A program made the position numbers and the translations under genes. Shown piece after piece: positions 11,501-19,509 of a stretch of DNA of 64,000 bases. The notes below the pieces were generated by a model. That model was not told where the DNA came from and ran no database searches. It saw only the letters and a program-made list of their open reading frames with translations. The stretch spans positions 13,072 through 77,071 of the forward strand of contig JANXAS010000006.1 in NCBI GenBank assembly GCA_025062195.1. Reading direction: 5' to 3'. Within the stretch, counting starts at the first letter, position 1, and every line of letters begins with the position of its first letter. This DNA is from Armatimonadota bacterium (lineage in GTDB: Bacteria; Armatimonadota; Fervidibacteria; Fervidibacterales; Thermosaccharophagaceae).

Positions 11501-11628
11501 ACACGCTTAGTTGAACGAACCGATATGACAGCCCCACACGATGCATAGGTGGCGAATGCACAGAAGATGGCGAGCGAAACCAACGCAAGCCTTGATAACC
11601 TCATTAGCCAGTCCACCCCCAAAGCCAC
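8596..11628 (-). CDS. TolB-like beta-propeller protein fused to five tandem Ig-like (NBR1-Ig-like pattern) domains, 1010 aa
   Basis: Signal peptide, then PD40/WD40-like blades (FVSGRDGMNEIWMLD, FVSNRFGNIDVWLLE, FVSDRDGADAIWLLD, FVAKDDGVSGIWVMD). Five ~110-aa repeats follow, each ending in G.Y.L.WDL...G..WFS..G (YTLEWDL, YSLLWDL, YTLHWDL, FVLRWDL, YTLKVDM). Confidence 0.8.
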   Translation of the reverse strand: MALGVDWLMRLSRLALVSLAIFCAFATYASCGAVISVRSTKRVASSPAVEAQPAWFGDGSRLAFVSGRDGMNEIWMLDVLTGNLQKLVRCESEGEFASNPSLAWHVDLLAFVSNRFGNIDVWLLELSTGKLRRMTDSPGIDWMPAISPDGKRIAFVSDRDGADAIWLLDLDGTDKARKLRHNAWEPAWSPDGRQLAFVAKDDGVSGIWVMDLYERKEKLLLPDGRSPSWSPDGKWLCAVRRIGRRYELVIISSDGGTCKAIEAPGENPSSPSWSPKGNMIAYDAMVDGNREIFLLELERKLPHVQITSPRDGARVEGVVKIRATVKVPYGKLKHLTLEYGRGAEPTSWTEIEIKDGLRQVEDEHIATWDVTQLSGTLTLRLRAYDEENDSNEDRVTVLAERVYGVSYVEHTVPEEMLTLDAVQVLIKLRNTGKLTWLAAGRYAVTLSYRWKDENGFVVMRGERFALPKAVNESEEVQVTATVVAPSKPGTYTLEWDLCHGGAIWFSEEGCETLNIPVRVVKRYAAQVVWHNAPKEMAPGQIYTVRVRVRNIGAMTWDGKDAPTKVLVGYHWLDQNGARIDEEPILTPIGEDVKPGEMIEMSVRVRSPSVPGEYSLLWDLALQGQAGKQSWFSDFGDEFEAHPVSVKVPYAVAYLWHNTPRTMYPGQIYLVNLRLRNIGAVAWESKGLRCVAVVYRWFNPEGKELVTPTIETPVPYDVMPGETVEVAARVQAPPVSGNYTLHWDLLRAGNMPFSHMGSPTLRVEVMVQRPICVAEFQPIQHPTVMVVGHEYEVGMTLTNLGTMTWMAAGEHPVTLSYHWLDANGNELKGVVRLRTPLPRDVGFKEGVTLKARVRAPKQVGLFVLRWDLHLEGVGWFSERGSPSLNVPVKVIAEYDYEIVSHDIPGELISGQTYRVKVHVKNRGALTWRAVGEDIVQLGYRWVDEKGAVFEFGILSNLPKDIQMDDSVELDVPLKAPKKAGAYTLKVDMVRGGKIWFEEQGAKPLTLQVQIK

Positions 11629-11675
11629 AGTTAAACAAGCAGCCGCTCAACATTGCTTGTGCTGCATCGCTCACC

Positions 11676-12332
11676 CTATGATGTCTTAACAGCCCTGCAC
11701 ACAAGCGAGATGCCAAATGGGAGTTCAAGGCGTTTTATTAAACGCGCTTCAAGCCCAAGCATGCCAATAAAAAGCTCGTTCAAGGGCTTCGGAAGCTTTA
11801 TAATAGCGGTGTGCTTGCGAGCACCGCTTTGAGCAATCAGCTGCAGCTTGCGAAACAGGAACACAAACGGAAGCAGCGGGCATATGGCAAATGAGATTTT
11901 TTCAACCTTGAATCCGACGGCAATTAGCTTCGCTTCAAGCTCCGCTCTTGCATATCGCCTGAAGTGTCTGAGAGCGATGTCATGCCCGCTCCAAAGCCAT
12001 TTGAAAGCTGGCACGGTGAGCACCAAAACGCCACCGGGAGATAATATGCGCCAAAGCTCCTTGAGCGCACTGACATCATCTTCAATGTGCTCAAGCACGT
12101 CAAGCGCTGCCAAAAGCCCGACTGCACCATCGCGCAATGGCAACCTAAGCGCATCGGCGCATATTAGTAAGCCATCCCAATGCTCCCTGCACAGCGATAG
12201 CGCAAATGGCGAGATGTCCACACCGATACAGACGCCGTAGGATGACAACAGCTCCAAATTGCCACCTGTGCCGCAACCAACATCCAACACCAAGCCACTG
12301 CTACCGCAAGGCAAATTATAACCTCCAACCAA
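11676..12332 (-). CDS. Class I SAM-dependent methyltransferase (5' end unresolved)
   Basis: SAM-binding motif VLDVGCGTGGN and LDVLEHIED are present. The track start is a TTG at 12332, but the same frame stays open upstream to 12446 and encodes family-typical ...ERSYWWFVGRRKIIRAL with no ATG/GTG/TTG in it (see findings). Confidence 0.75.
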   Translation of the reverse strand: MVGGYNLPCGSSGLVLDVGCGTGGNLELLSSYGVCIGVDISPFALSLCREHWDGLLICADALRLPLRDGAVGLLAALDVLEHIEDDVSALKELWRILSPGGVLVLTVPAFKWLWSGHDIALRHFRRYARAELEAKLIAVGFKVEKISFAICPLLPFVFLFRKLQLIAQSGARKHTAIIKLPKPLNELFIGMLGLEARLIKRLELPFGISLVCRAVKTS

Positions 12333-12604
12333 CGCCCTGATAATCTTGCGCCGCCCGACAAACCACCAGTATGAGCGTTCAAGATTAAACTGCTCAATGT
12401 ATTGACACTCCTCCAGTTCGCTTCCCCCTTCCCGCTTGACAGCAAACTAAACTGATGGAGCACGAACTTGCACACCCTTGCCAATGTATAGCCCATTTGC
12501 CACAATCAGTCTTGCGATCGCTTCATCATTCAAAACATGCTTTAGAAGCGCAATTTCATACTGTGCCAACCGCAAACTAAAGTGACAGCACATCCTCTAA
12601 GCGG

Positions 12605-13252
12605 CTAAGTGCGTTCCCCTGCAAGCCCATCGTTGCCGTGCTGCATGATGAACTTGAGCACATGGCTCAACCTGAACCGTCTTTGGTTGCCCGAAGTCCT
12701 ATAGTGTTCAAGCAAGCCAGAGTTTGTGTATCTTCGGACAGTCGTCTCACAGACATCAAGCAACACAGCCACATCTCTAATTGACATGTCAGGGTCAAGC
12801 AACCTGCTCAGGAGCTTCCACCTCGGGCTTCTGTCGGCATAGTTGCCCACCTCTGCCTGTAAGCGAGCTATCTGAAACAACATTCGTTTTAGCAACTCGT
12901 CAAGCCTGTTTTGGCTTCTCGGACTTTTGATCCCGAACCAAAATGAACGCCTTTGTAATATCTGCGTTCTCGCTTGACCTTCATCCTCACTTGGTTTGGG
13001 CGGTTGCTGAGTTTGTTGCACCTGCTGCATTCTTTGGGGCTGTGTAAAATTCTGCGGTGCACGAATTTGCTGCCTTGGAATGCGCCCCAACGACAACGGT
13101 CTGAAAGCGCTGATATGCTGTGGCGCCGCCTGCCTCTCAACAGCCTGAACACCTTCATCCTTCCCCTCAACTTGCTTATGCGCAGCCCTCTCCTGCTCCT
13201 CTAAGTAGCGCATCCACTCCTTCAGCGACATACCCTTTCTTTGCTCACCCAC
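12605..13252 (-). CDS. Hypothetical protein with C-terminal excisionase/MerR-type helix-turn-helix
   Basis: 215 aa. The N-terminal half is Gln/Pro-rich and low-complexity. The C-terminus IRDVAVLLDVCETTVRRYTNSGLLEHYRTSGNQRRFRLSHVLKFI fits an HTH_17-like DNA-binding domain. It is divergent from recA. Confidence 0.6.
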   Translation of the reverse strand: MGEQRKGMSLKEWMRYLEEQERAAHKQVEGKDEGVQAVERQAAPQHISAFRPLSLGRIPRQQIRAPQNFTQPQRMQQVQQTQQPPKPSEDEGQARTQILQRRSFWFGIKSPRSQNRLDELLKRMLFQIARLQAEVGNYADRSPRWKLLSRLLDPDMSIRDVAVLLDVCETTVRRYTNSGLLEHYRTSGNQRRFRLSHVLKFIMQHGNDGLAGERT

Positions 13253-13447
13253 AGCCGCTCACCTCTCAGTGCCTGAGGCGGACAATTCTCATTCATGGCT
13301 GCAGTGTTTAAATGCCCATTGCTATTATGCATCCTCAAAGCTATAGCGATATAACGCATGCGCTAAAATGACTTATAGTGCTGCCCGTAAAAATATTGGG
13401 GAGCAATTGTCATTTCAATGGGTAGCCATCGGAGGTGACCCCATTAC

Positions 13448-14599
13448 ATGCCAAGACGCCAAAAGGGCGAAGAGGGGCAACAAAGCTTTATAGATGTTGA
13501 GGTGACACAAACAGAATCAACGACACGAGCGCAAGTTAACGGTGAGAAACTTGAGGCGCTCGAGAGCACAATAAGCCGCATTGAAAAGAGGTTTGGGAAG
13601 GGCAGCATAATGCGCCTAAGTGACCAACCGACAAAGATGAGAGTTGATGTGATACCGACGGGGTCAATAGCGCTTGATATTGCTACAGGTATCGGCGGCA
13701 TACCGAGAGGACGAATAACGGAGATATTCGGACCGGAGGGCTCCGGTAAGACTACCTTGGCATACCACATCATCGCGGAGGCACAAAAGATGGGCGGCAT
13801 TGCCGCCTTCATAGATGCGGAGCATGCTATGGACAGAAATTATGTTGTGGCATTGGGGATTGACCTTGACAGGCTCTACATCTCGCAGCCCGATTCCGGT
13901 GAGCAAGCGCTTGAGATTGCCGATGAGCTTGTGCGCAGCGGCGCAATTGATGTGCTTGTGATTGACTCGGTTGCTGCACTCGTCCCGAGAGCCGAGCTTG
14001 AGGGCGAGATGGGCGACCAACACATGGGCTTGCAGGCAAGGCTTATGTCACAGGCATTGCGCAAGCTTGCCGGCTCAATAAATCGCTCTCGGACCGCAGC
14101 TGTGCTGACGAACCAAGTCCGTGAGAAAATCGGGATAATGTTTGGCAGCCCTGAGGTGACACCCGGCGGTAGGGCGTTGAAATTCTGGGCGTCACTCAGG
14201 TTGAGGATAAGCAAGGAAGATTCAATTCGCTCCGGAAACGAAATTGTAGGGCACATTTGCACCGTTAAGGTCGTTAAGAATAAGCTTGCGCCGCCATTCC
14301 GTGACGCCGGCTTTGAAATACTTTTCGGAAAGGGCATCTGCCGATATAGCAACATCTTAGATGTGGCAACGCAGCTTGAGATAGTCACAAAGGTAGGCAC
14401 TTGGTATAGTTACAATGAAGAGCGCCTTGGACAAGGGCGCGAGAATGCATGGCGCTACCTTGAGCAGCATCCGGAGTTAGCAGCCGAGATTGAATTACAA
14501 ATACGAAGGAAAAGAGGGTTGCCAATTCCGCCGTGGCTTGAGGAGCTTGCAAGCGGGCGCAAAGAGGCTGCGCCTGTAACCGGTGCTGCTGAAGGTTAG
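13448..14599 (+). CDS. recA: Recombinase RecA
   Basis: Motifs [13 protein letters not shown], the Walker A in [29 protein letters not shown] and LKFWASLRL are present. GGAGGTG lies 10 nt upstream of the ATG. It carries ~25 extra N-terminal residues compared with typical RecA. Confidence 0.95.
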   Translation: MPRRQKGEEGQQSFIDVEVTQTESTTRAQVNGEKLEALESTISRIEKRFGKGSIMRLSDQPTKMRVDVIPTGSIALDIATGIGGIPRGRITEIFGPEGSGKTTLAYHIIAEAQKMGGIAAFIDAEHAMDRNYVVALGIDLDRLYISQPDSGEQALEIADELVRSGAIDVLVIDSVAALVPRAELEGEMGDQHMGLQARLMSQALRKLAGSINRSRTAAVLTNQVREKIGIMFGSPEVTPGGRALKFWASLRLRISKEDSIRSGNEIVGHICTVKVVKNKLAPPFRDAGFEILFGKGICRYSNILDVATQLEIVTKVGTWYSYNEERLGQGRENAWRYLEQHPELAAEIELQIRRKRGLPIPPWLEELASGRKEAAPVTGAAEG

Positions 14600-14624
14600 G
14601 TGCGACTTTGAGGCTCTATACCGA

Positions 14625-14745
14625 TAGGAGTTGCGCAGTTGTTGTTTTGTGTGGCGGATGATAGTCCGCCAAACAGACGCCGACAAAAATGAATGATGCG
14701 GGCGGCTTAACAGCTGCCCTCCACACTCAACTGTGTAACTCCTAA
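14625..14745 (+). repeat. Copy B (best-folding exemplar) of the ~120-nt structured repeat family
   Basis: 5' arm AGGAGTTGCGCAGTTG and 3' arm CAACTGTGTAACTCCT pair at 16/16 positions (2 G-U). Internal hairpins are GGCGGA-TGATAG-TCCGCC and GGGCGGC-TTAACA-GCTGCCC. It fills the recA-recX spacer in the sense orientation. Confidence 0.75.
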
Positions 14746-14809
14746 CCGAATCAAATGACCAACACAGATACTCTTTTCCAAGATGCGCAAACTGTCAGGT
14801 GGGTTGCTG

Positions 14810-15388
14810 ATGCGCAGATTGAGGGCAGCTAATCAAAAGATGAATGCAGTGAGCAAAGCAACCGATTATTGCATGCGCCTGTTATCATACAGGCAGTATA
14901 GCAAGGGCGAGCTTGAAGAGAAGTTAAGGAAGCGCGGCTATGGCGAACGGACGATAATGATGGTCATCAACAGGCTGAATGAACTTGGTCTGGTTGATGA
15001 CGAGGGGTTGAGCAAGGGTCTTGTTCAGTCAGCTATTGAAAGGCAGAATCGCGGCAGACATGCCGTGATAGCCGAAATGAGAAGGCTTAAACTGCCAGAG
15101 GATTGCATCCAGAGCGCCATTGAGATGTTTGACCTGGAGACGGAAATTAATATTGCTGTAAAGTTGATGCGCAAATGGCTCTCTGATGAGCATTGTAAAT
15201 ATGTGAGCGCCTCACTGTGCGATAGCGGTGAGAATCAAAAGGTGAGGCAACTAATCTTGCGCCTATTGAGGCGCGGCTTCAGCCATGAAGCCATAATGGG
15301 AGCGTTAAGGCGCATAGGATGCAAGCCCCCTGTATATAGCGATGCTGACGAAGTGTTTCCCTTGCAGAGCGCCATAGAGAACACTTAA
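14810..15388 (+). CDS. recX: Recombination regulator RecX
   Basis: RecX-like three-repeat helical pattern (DYCMRLLSYRQYSKGELEEKLRKRGY ...), located directly after recA. I prefer the start at 14810 because AGGTGGG lies 6 nt upstream. The track start is 14783. Confidence 0.8.
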   Translation: MRRLRAANQKMNAVSKATDYCMRLLSYRQYSKGELEEKLRKRGYGERTIMMVINRLNELGLVDDEGLSKGLVQSAIERQNRGRHAVIAEMRRLKLPEDCIQSAIEMFDLETEINIAVKLMRKWLSDEHCKYVSASLCDSGENQKVRQLILRLLRRGFSHEAIMGALRRIGCKPPVYSDADEVFPLQSAIENT

Positions 15389-15468
15389 AGGGCAATCCTG
15401 TCAAGCTCCAAAAGCTGCCCTCAAGCTGAGGCATCAGCTGCCCCCAAGAGAAAGGTGGTGAGAAATTC

Positions 15469-17007
15469 ATGAACGCCGTTACGCTCGCAGTGTCTATGTT
15501 CGGCTTCCTCTTTGGCGCCCTCATTGGCGCTATCATCGGCTATGTGATTTTGCATCTGCAGCGCCGAAGGAGCGAAGAAGAACTGAAGCAAATGGAGCGG
15601 CGCATGAGAGGGGCAGAAAAGGCTAAAATGGACGAGCTAATTCGGGCACGGGAGGAGTTGCAGCGCCAGCGGAATGAACTTGAGCAAGAGCTGCGTGAGA
15701 GGCGAAAGGAGTTGCAACGCCTTGAGGAACGGGTGAGGGAGAGAGAGGACTTGCTTGTTAGGAAGGAGCAAGCCCTTGACAGCCGCGAGGCAGAACTAAG
15801 GAAGCTTGAGCAGAGCTTAAGGGAGCGACAGAAAGAAATTGAAGGCATGGAGGCAGAGTATAGGCGCAGGCTCGAAGAAGTGGCTGAAATGTCAAGTGCC
15901 CAAGCTAAAAGGCTCCTGCTTACAGCGCTTGAGGAGGAATTGAGTGACGAAATAGCAAGGCGCGTTGCCGAAGCTGAAGAGAGGGCAAGGGAGGAAGCCG
16001 AAAGGCGCGCTCAGGAGATTGTGGTTTCAGCGATGCAAAAGTGTGCCGTGCAGGCAGCCACCACAGCAACCATATCTGTTATCACGCTGCCAAGTGAGGA
16101 GATGAAGGGAAGAATCATAGGGAGAGAGGGGCGCAACATAAGGGCTTTTGAGATGCTCACCGGCGTGGATGTGATAATTGATGACACTCCGGAGACAATA
16201 GTGCTCTCCTCATTTGACCCAGTGAGGCGTGAGATTGCAAGACTGGCAATGGAAATGCTAATAGCTGACGGACGCATTCACCCGGCAAGCATTGACGAGG
16301 CAGTTGAGAAAGCGAGGCAGGATGTTGAGGCTCAAATGCTCAAAGCAGCTGAAGCGGCTGTCACGGAAGCCGGTGTTGATAGACTGCCGCAGGGTCTGAT
16401 GAAACTGCTTGGCAGACTCGCCTTCAGGATGAGCTACGGTCAAAGTGTGCTTTGGCATTCGGTTGAAGTCGCCATACTGGCTGGATTGATGGCTGGTGAA
16501 ATAGGTGCCGATGTTGAAGTGGCAAAGAGGGCTGGCTTGCTGCATGACATAGGCAAAGCAGTTGACCATCAGGTTGATGGTGGGCATGTTCAAATAGGCG
16601 CCGAGATATTGCGCAGGTATGGTGAGAGCGAAGCTGTGATTAAAGCAATGCTTTCGCATCATGAGGATGTAGAACCAGAGAGCGTTGAGGCTGTGCTTGT
16701 TACTCTTGCCGATGCTATATCAGCATCCCGCCCAGGGGCACGCAGGGAGAGCCTTGAGGCTTACATACGCAGGCTTGAGGCAATGGAACAAATTGCATAC
16801 TCATTTGATGGCGTGCATAAGGCATACGCAATAAGGGCTGGAAGGGAAGTGCGAGTTATAGTGAACCCGGATAAGGTGAGCGACTTACAGCTGGCAAAGC
16901 TGGCAAGGGATATAGCGAAGGCAATTGAACAACAAATTCAACACCCAGGACAAGTCAAGGTCATGGTCATAAGGGAGAAGCGCCATGTGGAATATGCCCG
17001 CCGGTGA
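15469..17007 (+). CDS. rny: Ribonuclease Y
   Basis: N-terminal TM, a long Glu/Arg-rich coiled coil, a KH domain (GRIIGREGRNIRAFEMLTGVDVIIDD) and an HD domain (LLHDIGKAVDH). Confidence 0.95.
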   Translation: MNAVTLAVSMFGFLFGALIGAIIGYVILHLQRRRSEEELKQMERRMRGAEKAKMDELIRAREELQRQRNELEQELRERRKELQRLEERVREREDLLVRKEQALDSREAELRKLEQSLRERQKEIEGMEAEYRRRLEEVAEMSSAQAKRLLLTALEEELSDEIARRVAEAEERAREEAERRAQEIVVSAMQKCAVQAATTATISVITLPSEEMKGRIIGREGRNIRAFEMLTGVDVIIDDTPETIVLSSFDPVRREIARLAMEMLIADGRIHPASIDEAVEKARQDVEAQMLKAAEAAVTEAGVDRLPQGLMKLLGRLAFRMSYGQSVLWHSVEVAILAGLMAGEIGADVEVAKRAGLLHDIGKAVDHQVDGGHVQIGAEILRRYGESEAVIKAMLSHHEDVEPESVEAVLVTLADAISASRPGARRESLEAYIRRLEAMEQIAYSFDGVHKAYAIRAGREVRVIVNPDKVSDLQLAKLARDIAKAIEQQIQHPGQVKVMVIREKRHVEYARR

Positions 17008-17078
17008 TTCAAACTTTTACGGATGAATAAGGGCGCAACACGAGCAACTGATGCATCACAGATTGGAGTGAAGGTGGC

Positions 17079-17885
17079 GTGCGCATATTGTGCGTTGGCG
17101 ATGTAGTTGGACAGGTTGGAAGGAGGGTGATCAAAAGGCTCCTTCCAACGCTGATAAAGGTGAAGAATGTTGACTTCGTCATAGCAAACGGCGAGAACGC
17201 TGCTGGCGGACTGGGCATAACGCCTCAAGTTGCCGATGAGCTATTTAATGCCGGTGTGAATTGCATAACCACAGGCAATCACATATGGCGTCACAAGGAG
17301 ATAATTGAGCGTGTTGCAAAAGACGCAAGGCTGCTCCGCCCAGCAAACTATCCACCAGATACGGTTGGGTGCGGCTGGACGATATTGCGTCCAAACAGGC
17401 GCGTCAAAACGGAGAGGGCTGTATGTGTTGTTTGTATGCTCGGATTGATATTCATGGAAGCGCTTGACTGCCCATTCCGAACGATTGACAGGATATTGGA
17501 AGAAGTGAATGACCTTACGAATGTCATCGTGGTTGACTTTCACGCTGAGGCAACCTCAGAGAAGCAAGCATTTGCAAGATATGTAGATGGGAGGGTGAGC
17601 TTGGTCTTTGGGACACACACACATGTCATGACTGCCGATGAGTGCATTTTGCCGAATGGCACAGCTTACATTACCGATGTCGGGATGACCGGTCCTATAG
17701 ACAGCGTGATCGGAATGAAAGCCGAAGCGATTATTCACAGGCTCGTGACGAAGCTGCCGGTGAAGTTTGAGCCAGCTTCAGGAAGGGGGATGCTTTCAGC
17801 CGTCCTTGTTGATGTGGATGATTCAACCGGTAAGGCAAGGTCAATAGAACGAATCTCGGTTCAAGAGCCCGAGATGGTTGAATGA
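17079..17885 (+). CDS. ymdB: YmdB-family metallophosphoesterase (2',3'-cyclic-nucleotide phosphodiesterase-like)
   Basis: Motifs MRILCVGDVVG, ANGENAAGG, TTGNHIW, DFHAEATSEK and GTHTHV are present. It follows rny as in Bacillus. Confidence 0.9.
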   Translation: MRILCVGDVVGQVGRRVIKRLLPTLIKVKNVDFVIANGENAAGGLGITPQVADELFNAGVNCITTGNHIWRHKEIIERVAKDARLLRPANYPPDTVGCGWTILRPNRRVKTERAVCVVCMLGLIFMEALDCPFRTIDRILEEVNDLTNVIVVDFHAEATSEKQAFARYVDGRVSLVFGTHTHVMTADECILPNGTAYITDVGMTGPIDSVIGMKAEAIIHRLVTKLPVKFEPASGRGMLSAVLVDVDDSTGKARSIERISVQEPEMVE

Positions 17886-18102
17886 CAACACCATGATGGA
17901 TTGCCACTTGCGCATGTGACATATCCAAGTTAAATTGTGTGATGGCACAATCTTGGCAGTGAGATGGCTAACGAGTTGGCAAGTTAGTTTGCCTTTAAAC
18001 CCAATCAAAGTGAGGCACAAAATTGTGCACAAGGAAGGACACAGTGAAAGGAACGGAAGAGGGCGCTACAGGAGGGCAACGAAGCACAGGGGCGGATCGG
18101 AC

Positions 18103-18399
18103 ATGAACTACAGGGAGCGTCACAGGCAAGGGCATACAGAGGTCCTTAGAGTCTCATCAAAATCAAAGCCAAACACTGTTGCCGGTGCTGTCGCTGGCGT
18201 CATCCGTGAAAAGGGGCGGGTTGAGATACAGACTATAGGTGCCGGCGCGCTCAATCAAGCCATAAAAGCAATAGCTATAGCGAGGGGTTTCCTTGCGCCA
18301 TCCGGAATTGACATCGTGTGCATACCGTCATTTTGCGATGTCATCATAGACGGGCAAGAGAGGACTGCCATAAGGCTTGTCGTTGAGGCGCGCACATAA
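18103..18399 (+). CDS. spoVS: SpoVS-family protein
   Basis: LRVSSKSKPNTVAGAVAGVIREKGRVEIQTIGAGALNQAIKAIAIARGFLAPSGIDIVCIPSF matches SpoVS almost end to end. The start is trimmed to the ATG at 18103. The track ORF from 17935 adds an implausible 56-aa leader. Confidence 0.85.
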   Translation: MNYRERHRQGHTEVLRVSSKSKPNTVAGAVAGVIREKGRVEIQTIGAGALNQAIKAIAIARGFLAPSGIDIVCIPSFCDVIIDGQERTAIRLVVEART

Positions 18400-18500
18400 G
18401 TGTTAATGCGAACAGCTTGCTGAGCTGATGCCGGCGATAGCCACAGGCGCACACTAACAACATTAATCGGAATGGCACCCGCATTAGAGGTGTGTAATTT

Positions 18501-19403
18501 GTGTCTGCAGATGACAAAGCGATGCGTCTCCTTCTTATCATCAATCCTGTTGTGGCTCAAACTCACGAAGCACAGGTTAGACAGGTTGTAGACCTGCTCA
18601 GAGGGTTATGCAAGGATGTGGAAATGGTATGGACTGCAAAAGGCGCTGAGGTCCGAAAGGCAGCATCATCTGCGGGAGAATTTGACCGAGTGGTGGTTGT
18701 CGGTGGCGATGGGACGATAAACGAGGTTGCAAACATATTTGTGGGCTGCACAAAGCCTCTTGCCGTTATACCACTTGGGACGGGAAACACCTTTGCGACC
18801 AACTTCGGTATACCGATGGAACTCAAGGAGGCATGTCAAACAGCCATACACGGCAAAGTGACATGCATTGATGTAGGGCAACTTGACGGCCGCTACTTCG
18901 TGTGCGTTGCTGGGGTTGGCTTTGATGCGCATGTTCTCCACCAGCTTCAACCATCCTTCAAGCGAAAGCTCGGCAAGTGGGCATATGCCGCAGCATCAAT
19001 TTGGCACCTTGTGCGCTATAGGCAATCGGAATTGCGTGTGAGGATGGATCACGAGGAATTCAGTGTGAACGCATGGCTGACAGTCGCAAGCAATGTCCCA
19101 ACATACGCCCTTAACCTCAAATTTGCACCTCAGGCAAGACCCGATGACGGTCACCTTGATGTCTGCATATTTTTTGCCCGCTCAAAGCTTGAGAGGCTCA
19201 TGCAAGCTGCGCTATCGCTCTTTGGCTACCATATCTATCTTGGCAGCGTAGTGTATCGGCGCACAAGGTGTGTTGAGCTGGATAGTCAACCGCCAGTTTG
19301 GGCGCATGTTGATGGCGAACCTGTCCGGATGACGCCGGTAAATATCAGCATATTGCCGAGGGCGCTAAATGTGGTTGTGCCACACGGGTCTAGGATGAGT
19401 TGA
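18501..19403 (+). CDS. Diacylglycerol/lipid kinase family protein (YegS/BmrU-like)
   Basis: Motifs LLLIINPVV, VVVVGGDGTINEVAN and PLGTGNTFA are present. An alternative start lies at 18522. Confidence 0.85.
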   Translation: MSADDKAMRLLLIINPVVAQTHEAQVRQVVDLLRGLCKDVEMVWTAKGAEVRKAASSAGEFDRVVVVGGDGTINEVANIFVGCTKPLAVIPLGTGNTFATNFGIPMELKEACQTAIHGKVTCIDVGQLDGRYFVCVAGVGFDAHVLHQLQPSFKRKLGKWAYAAASIWHLVRYRQSELRVRMDHEEFSVNAWLTVASNVPTYALNLKFAPQARPDDGHLDVCIFFARSKLERLMQAALSLFGYHIYLGSVVYRRTRCVELDSQPPVWAHVDGEPVRMTPVNISILPRALNVVVPHGSRMS

Positions 19404-19509
19404 TATTTAGCGGTTGGAAAAGTGGTTGCAATTTCCCACCGAAGGGCTCGCAGCGAGGGAATGAATAAGATGCGCACAAGGTCATTTAAACGGGGGTGAC
19501 GAAAGAAAC

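Noticed and set aside
12164-12505. 113-aa minus-strand ORF overlapping the 5' end of the methyltransferase gene
   Set aside because: It is out of frame with the SAM-binding motif, and it is Cys/Trp/Ala-rich with no motif. It is relevant only as a hint that the methyltransferase 5' region may be frameshifted.
14625-14745. Integron attC site as an explanation for the inverted-arm repeat family
   Set aside because: The arms do not follow the attC layout (RYYYAAC at one end, GTTRRRY at the other). There is no intI integrase, and the copies are scattered rather than arranged in a cassette array.
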